A DNA stretch of 64,000 bases. It comes from Solirubrobacteraceae bacterium. GTDB lineage: Bacteria > Actinomycetota > Thermoleophilia > Solirubrobacterales > Solirubrobacteraceae. Under the pieces are notes generated by a model that saw only the letters and a program-made list of their open reading frames with translations, searched no databases and was not told where the DNA came from. Positions 59,069-64,000 of the stretch are shown piece after piece. Positions within the stretch are counted from its first letter, which is position 1. Each line of letters starts with the position of its first letter. Location: contig DATHPE010000008.1 of NCBI GenBank assembly GCA_035484215.1, positions 27,326 to 91,325 of the forward strand, read 5' to 3'. The position numbers and the translations under genes are program-made.

Positions 59069-60242
59069 GCGCACACTTCTTCGCAACCTCACCGACGATG
59101 AGCAGCGAGCGACCGCCAGCGTGCGACTAACTTCTAAATGTGACGCGCGAGAGCCAGCCAGTCGCGCCGGACGCGGTGTCCCACCACACGCTGGGCGCCT
59201 TGAGGTGTGGTCGTGGCCACCTGCGCAGGTTCGCGCTCAGGCTGCTGGTCTTCGGCGTGCTCGCGTTCCTGTTGTTGCGGCTCGTCCCGAGCCTGGCGCA
59301 GGCGCTGCACGATCTCGAGCGGGTCAGCTGGCTGTGGCTGGCGGCCGCGCTTGCGCTGGAGACGCTGTCTGAGATCGGATACGTGGTCGCGTGGCGCCAG
59401 ATCGTTGACCCTGAGCGCGTGCTCGAGCAGGAGGGGCGGGGCCGGCGGCTTGACGCTCGACTCGCCTGGGCGCAGCTCGGCGGTGGCCTGCTCGTTCCCG
59501 CGGGGTCGTTCTCGGGGGTCGGCGCCGGTGCGGTTCTCCTACACCGGTTCGGGTTGCCGCTGAAGACGGTCACCGAGCGCGAGTTCAACCTCAGCTTCCT
59601 GAACACGACGATCGACGCGCTCGCGTTGATCTCGTTCGGTGTCCTGCTCGGGCTCGGGATCTTCGCTGGCAAAAACGATTTGACGCTTACAATCCTGCCC
59701 GCGGTGGTTGCTGGCGCCTGCGTCGCTGCGGCAATCGTGATCGCACGCCGCGCGGACCATTTCGCCGCACAGCTCGAAGGCCGCCGTCCACGTATCGCCG
59801 GGGGGATCGCAACCGTCGCCCGAGCCGTCGAGGACACCGACGCGCTCGTCTTCGGCAGAGGCGACTGGCGCAGTCTGCTCGGCGCACTCGTCTACCTCTT
59901 CTTCGACGTGCTCGTGCTCTGGACGGCGTTCTTCGCGTTGCATGCGCACAGCGTGCCCGCGTTCGCTCCAGTGCTGATGGCCTACATCATCGGGGCGCTG
60001 GGAGGTTCGCTGCCGCTGCCTGCCGGGCTTGGCGCGATCGGGGGGATAGGTGGCTGCCTGATCCTCTACGGCGCCGGGCGCAACGCGGCGGTTGGCGCGG
60101 CCGTCATCTACGGCGCGATCGGGCTCATAGTGCCGTTCGTCGGCGGCCTCGTCGCCTATCTGCTGCTGACACACCAGGCCCGCAACCTACGCGGGGACAC
60201 CGGCTGGCGAACACGACGCAGTCCGTGAGCGCACATCTTCGC
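59057..60242. repeat. Imperfect ~27-bp direct repeats at 59057-59084 and 60217-60242 flanking the YbhN-like gene
   Basis: CGCAGTC-tc-TGAGCGCACA-ct-TCTTCGC versus CGCAGTC-cg-TGAGCGCACA-TCTTCGC; each copy contains a stop codon. Confidence 0.7.
59140..60228 (+). CDS. YbhN/UPF0104 (lysylphosphatidylglycerol synthase TM / flippase-like) membrane protein
   Basis: Multiple TM helices; SLPLPAGLGAIGG motif; leaderless-type TAACTT-6 nt-GTG start. Confidence 0.7.
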   Translation: MTRESQPVAPDAVSHHTLGALRCGRGHLRRFALRLLVFGVLAFLLLRLVPSLAQALHDLERVSWLWLAAALALETLSEIGYVVAWRQIVDPERVLEQEGRGRRLDARLAWAQLGGGLLVPAGSFSGVGAGAVLLHRFGLPLKTVTEREFNLSFLNTTIDALALISFGVLLGLGIFAGKNDLTLTILPAVVAGACVAAAIVIARRADHFAAQLEGRRPRIAGGIATVARAVEDTDALVFGRGDWRSLLGALVYLFFDVLVLWTAFFALHAHSVPAFAPVLMAYIIGALGGSLPLPAGLGAIGGIGGCLILYGAGRNAAVGAAVIYGAIGLIVPFVGGLVAYLLLTHQARNLRGDTGWRTRRSP

Positions 60243-60243
60243 G

Positions 60244-62091
60244 TCAGCGGACGGTGACCGACTTCGCGAGGGCACGCGGCTGGTCTATCTCGCGGCCGAG
60301 CGAGACCGCGCAGTGGTAGGCGAACAGCTGGCCAGCCAGCAGCTGGATGATTACGTCTGTAGCGTCCTGCTCGAGGTACGGTAGAGCGATATAGGAGCGA
60401 ATATTAGAGAGATCGTCTGATTCCAGATGTGCGGGGCCGAACGCGAGGACGGGTCCGTTGCGCGCGGCGATCTCGCTCACGTTTGCGAGCGTCGCATGGA
60501 AGCGACGTGGCGCGGCGAGCTTGGATGGGAGAAGCGCGACGGTAAAGAATTCCTCGTCGATCAACGAGATCGTGCCGTGCTTGAAGAATCCGGCTGGTAG
60601 TCCCTCGGCGTGTCGGTAGGAGACCTCCTTGAACTTCAGTGCTGACTCGAGAGCTAGGGGATAGTAGGGGCCGCGCCCGATGAAGAACCAGTGCTCGAAC
60701 TCGCTGTGCAGCTCCGCCAGGGCCTGAATCTGCTCTTTATCATGGCCTAGTACATGCTCGAGCGCGCTGGGTAGTCGCTCGAGCGCGTCACAGATCGTTC
60801 GGTAGCGCTCTGATGGAAGATGTCCGTTGCGTCGGCCGAGCTCGAGCGCTGAGCGGATCAGGATCGTTACCTGGCTGACGATCGACTTCGTGCTGAGCAC
60901 ACATATCTCCGGCCCGGATGCCTGGGGCAGTTGGTGGTGGCTGAGCCGGTCGAGGCTTGAATGGGGTACGTTGGCGAGCGAGGTGAGGAATGCGCCGCGT
61001 TCGACCGCTTCGCGGCCAATCTCGAGCGTGTCGAACGTCTCTCCCGATTGGGAGATGGCAATGGCTGCGTCCTGATCGTCGAATGAGATCCATTCGGCTG
61101 CCTCGTCTGATGGCACGGCATCCGCGCGGATGCCGGCGAGTGTCCGGAAGAAGTACTGACCGAGACGTGCCACGTAGAAGGCGCTCCCAGAGCCGAACAG
61201 CGTTAGGCGGGCGGAGGAGGCGGGAAGGACACCGGCGAGTTGCTCGTCGGTGAGTTCGAGTCCGGCGCGTACCGCTGCAGGTGTTTCGTGCATCTCCTTG
61301 AGCATGTAGTGCGCATAACCTGCCTTGTCGGGAGCTGTGTAGCTTTGATCGAGCAGAACAGCTGCTCGGATGACCTCTGTTGGCTGGTGACCGGCGGCCG
61401 AGAACACCGTCGCGTGACCGGCGGTCGCTCGTACGATGTCCTCGTCGTTGAGGTGGGTCACTTCGCTGCCGATCGCGATGGCTGCCAGCTGGTCTGATGC
61501 GATGAGGGTGTCTTCTGGTCCGGTCGCGAAGAGCAGCGGGCTCTTGTACTTGAACGCATATACGGCGTGCGGATCATCGAGCGTGACACAGACGACCGCG
61601 TACTCGCCCTCGAGTCGCTGCATGACGGACGCGATTGCCGTAGTGATCGAGGTGGCCTCGGGAACCGCTCTTGCGATCAAGTGTGCGATGACCTCTGAGT
61701 CCGTTTCGGAGGCAAGCTGGACGCCTTCGTCTTCTAGCTCGCGGCGTAGCGAGAGATAGTTCTCGATAACCCCGTTGTGAACAATGGCGACCCTCCCGTC
61801 GAATGAGAGGTGAGGGTGTGCGTTCTTCTCGCTGACGCCGCCGTGAGTCGCCCACCGGGTATGGCCGAGCGCCAGATTGGCGGGCGCGAGATTGCTGTGC
61901 GGGCCGTCGCCAAAAATGCCTGTCTGGTGCGCCCTGCTTACGGAGCCGACACCCCTGAGGCGGTCAAGGGTGTCACCACGCACACTGACGAGGCCCCACG
62001 AGTCGTAGCCTCGGTACTCGAGGGTCTCGAGCCCTTCCATTACATCGGTGACGATGTCTCGGGTCGAGGCTCTGCCAATTATTCCGCACAT
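60244..62091 (-). CDS. glmS: Glutamine--fructose-6-phosphate aminotransferase (isomerizing), in an AT-richer block
   Basis: MCGIIG, GHTRWATHG, HNGVIEN, SQSGET, LKFKEVSYRHAEG, QPRALAKSVTV. Confidence 0.93.
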   Translation of the reverse strand: MCGIIGRASTRDIVTDVMEGLETLEYRGYDSWGLVSVRGDTLDRLRGVGSVSRAHQTGIFGDGPHSNLAPANLALGHTRWATHGGVSEKNAHPHLSFDGRVAIVHNGVIENYLSLRRELEDEGVQLASETDSEVIAHLIARAVPEATSITTAIASVMQRLEGEYAVVCVTLDDPHAVYAFKYKSPLLFATGPEDTLIASDQLAAIAIGSEVTHLNDEDIVRATAGHATVFSAAGHQPTEVIRAAVLLDQSYTAPDKAGYAHYMLKEMHETPAAVRAGLELTDEQLAGVLPASSARLTLFGSGSAFYVARLGQYFFRTLAGIRADAVPSDEAAEWISFDDQDAAIAISQSGETFDTLEIGREAVERGAFLTSLANVPHSSLDRLSHHQLPQASGPEICVLSTKSIVSQVTILIRSALELGRRNGHLPSERYRTICDALERLPSALEHVLGHDKEQIQALAELHSEFEHWFFIGRGPYYPLALESALKFKEVSYRHAEGLPAGFFKHGTISLIDEEFFTVALLPSKLAAPRRFHATLANVSEIAARNGPVLAFGPAHLESDDLSNIRSYIALPYLEQDATDVIIQLLAGQLFAYHCAVSLGREIDQPRALAKSVTVR

Positions 62092-62243
62092 ATAGTCGAG
62101 TGGAGTGCCAGCGTCGGCGCTTCATAGGCACCCAGAACGGACCCCGAAGGCCATCCTACCATGGACTCGAACGGGTCATCCAAGGGCCCCGTCCGGCTGA
62201 TGAATGACCCTGAATGGGTCATCTCGCTTGGCTCATGCTGGGA

Positions 62244-63824
62244 TCATGCCGCGTCTGAGCCGATGTGCGCGAGGGCCGCTACCTCGGAGAGCTGTGCGTG
62301 GGGACGTGGCCCCACGCGCTCGGGCGTGGTCGGCGATGTCTGTCGGGCGGCGGCTGTACGTGGCGATCCGCGAAGCCCTAGTTCAGTCCACACTCGACCG
62401 GCGAACACGGGCGTCACAGGGGCAGCTAGCAACGTGACCCCTGTGAGCCACGAACGGGCTTGCGCGGCGCTCGCGAGGTCGACGTCGGGGCGCTCTAGCC
62501 ATCGGTCAAGGATCGTCGTCGCCTCGGTCATCCGAACATGGCTTGGGTCCAGCTGCTCAGCTTGGCGTTCGGTTTGCGTGATCGCCGCGTCGAGCAACGC
62601 TGGGGCGTGCTCGGCGCCCGCGGTGGCGAGCGCGGTTTGGACTCGATTGGCATCAAGGTCCCGCAGCCGATTCACGTGCCGAACCAGCTCGGCCATCGCA
62701 AGTGAGCACAATTCGTCTTCGAGCGGAAGATGGCTGAGGCAGTAGCGGAGCTCGTCGCCGGTGATTGAGCTGCCTTCGATCAGCTCGCTGACCCAGATCC
62801 CATGTCGTTTGCTTGTGGAGCACTTGCTGCCCTCAAAGCTGAGGAGGTGGTTGACGGCGAGCGTGTCGAACCCGCGGTACCGATCAGAGCAGCTCGAGAT
62901 CACATATGGGGCGACGAGCCCTATGCCTGCGTTGTCCTTTCCGAATAGGGCGACGACATGCGTGGCGGAGTCGCGGTCCAGGTCGTTGCCCTCCTCGCCG
63001 CGGATCGCCGTGGAGACCTGGGCACAGTACAAACAGTATGAGTAGAACGTGTTCGTCAGGACACATCGTTCGCTGACCAGTGGGCTCCGAAGGCCCCAAT
63101 CTCCCGGCTGCGACAGTCGCACGCTCGTGCCGGAGCGATGGAGGTGACGGCGGGCGATCGACAAGAACTCGTCATCCAGCCCCGTTTCGGCGAGATTGGC
63201 CAGGATGCTCTCGGTGTTGCCGGGATCGACAAACCAGCTGTCCTCGTGCGTCCATCGCAGTTCGCCCTCATCGAGCCGAGACCGGGGTTCCAGGATCTCC
63301 GCAGGCTGGAATCCGGCGCCGCATCGCACGCACGAGTTGCCCGCCACATCGCTTCCGCACTCCGGACACCGACCGAGGATCCAGACCCCGACGACGTACC
63401 GGCCCGACGCGGCCGAGCGAGGTACGCGCTCAGCTACGAGCTTCGCCGTACCGGCGCGGCGTAGCTCCTCGACGAGCTGCTCGTGGATGTGGCGGTAGGC
63501 ACCCGCGTGATCCGGCGTGAGCGGGTTGATCCAGGCGTCCAGATCAACGTTGAGGTTCGCTAGGTCCTGGGCGATGAGCCCGTGAAGTCGCGTACATGTC
63601 TGCTCTGGCGTCTCGTTGCTTTGCAGTGCCTCCACAAGGATCCAGTTCTCGTATACGTCGGTGCCTGTTATGACTTGTACCTGAGACCCGTCTCTTCGCA
63701 GGCGACGGGCGAGCGCGTCAGCTCGAAGGTAAGGGCCCGCGGCGTGCCCGATGTGCATACGACCGTTCGGGGTCGGCTGCATCGGCAGGAGCAAATGCCG
63801 GCGAGTGGACTCACCGGTGCTCAT
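62244..63824 (-). CDS. Methionyl-tRNA synthetase-like paralog (class I ligase fold, degenerate C-terminus)
   Basis: PTPNGRMHIGHAAGPYL, GTD, CPEC-x8-CVRC knuckle, FGKDN, KCSTSK (KMSKS-like); AAAGGA RBS. Confidence 0.8.
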   Translation of the reverse strand: MSTGESTRRHLLLPMQPTPNGRMHIGHAAGPYLRADALARRLRRDGSQVQVITGTDVYENWILVEALQSNETPEQTCTRLHGLIAQDLANLNVDLDAWINPLTPDHAGAYRHIHEQLVEELRRAGTAKLVAERVPRSAASGRYVVGVWILGRCPECGSDVAGNSCVRCGAGFQPAEILEPRSRLDEGELRWTHEDSWFVDPGNTESILANLAETGLDDEFLSIARRHLHRSGTSVRLSQPGDWGLRSPLVSERCVLTNTFYSYCLYCAQVSTAIRGEEGNDLDRDSATHVVALFGKDNAGIGLVAPYVISSCSDRYRGFDTLAVNHLLSFEGSKCSTSKRHGIWVSELIEGSSITGDELRYCLSHLPLEDELCSLAMAELVRHVNRLRDLDANRVQTALATAGAEHAPALLDAAITQTERQAEQLDPSHVRMTEATTILDRWLERPDVDLASAAQARSWLTGVTLLAAPVTPVFAGRVWTELGLRGSPRTAAARQTSPTTPERVGPRPHAQLSEVAALAHIGSDAA

Positions 63825-63898
63825 CCGTACACATCCTTTGCGGTTGCTGGAGGGCGGTTATCAAGAGGCTTTCGACGCAGCTGTGTCCGGCGTAACTC

Positions 63899-64000
63899 TC
63901 ATACTAGGGTGAGGATCTCCGCGATGTTCTCGATTTGCGTCGCTGGGAAGCCGTCACCTTTTCGGCTCGTGAGCTTGACGGCGGTCAGCCCGAGGGCAGC
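63899..64000 (-). CDS. 3' end of a probable HAD-like hydrolase; the rest lies outside the window
   Basis: Minus frame reads AALGLTAVKLTSRKGDGFPATQIENIAEILTLV*, resembling HAD C-termini (A..AG...V....I..L.EL..L). Confidence 0.45.
   Translation of the reverse strand, partial: AALGLTAVKLTSRKGDGFPATQIENIAEILTLV

Noticed and set aside
62092-62243. glmS ribozyme upstream of glmS
   Set aside because: An AAGCGCC word is present on the minus strand but only about 30 nt before the ATG, too close for the ribozyme fold, and the downstream conserved core is missing.
62244-63824. Housekeeping metG
   Set aside because: Atypical HIGH-region context, degenerate anticodon domain and island location; kept as a paralog without a gene symbol.

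Overview
A high-GC bacterial chromosome segment that looks actinobacterial. TANNNT-ATG leaderless starts and actinobacterial-type cob and MazEF genes support this; a Thermoleophilia-like host is only an impression. No rRNA, tRNA, integrase, transposase or CRISPR-cas was seen. From left to right: (1) an amine-catabolism operon (ALDH, class III aminotransferase, tartrate/malate-type dehydrogenase, ald, DsbA-like); (2) an AT-richer defence island of about 10 kb (MORC/GHKL-Z1-PD(D/E)XK facing vsr, a second MORC and a C5-methyltransferase fused to a MutY/MIG-type glycosylase domain, plus a divergent BglII/BamHI-like nuclease), bordered by gene remnants; (3) mazEF and an ECF sigma with a DUF4349 partner; (4) a catabolic region of about 23 kb (GntR, aceEF-lpdA, DapA-like lyase, peptide-type ABC transporter, SDR, Zn-ADH, FadR, hydantoinase/oxoprolinase AB, a tiny Zn-binding ORF, RidA, fold-III PLP enzyme, FAH, GlcD-like) that ends at an alkA remnant; (5) a second AT-richer island with an uncharacterised STAS-GHKL plus tandem-PRTase pair and thyX; (6) P450, MFS, a four-copy hairpin repeat array and ALDH; (7) a cobalamin riboswitch, NiCoT and a partial aerobic cob cluster; (8) a YbhN-like gene flanked by direct repeats and a third AT-richer block (HAD-like 3' end, MetRS paralog, GlmS). 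All family calls come from motifs read by eye; no database searches were run. The three most promising novel systems are the STAS-GHKL/PRTase module, the dual-MORC Mza-like locus with its MTase-glycosylase fusion, and the MetRS-paralog/GlmS/HAD cluster.
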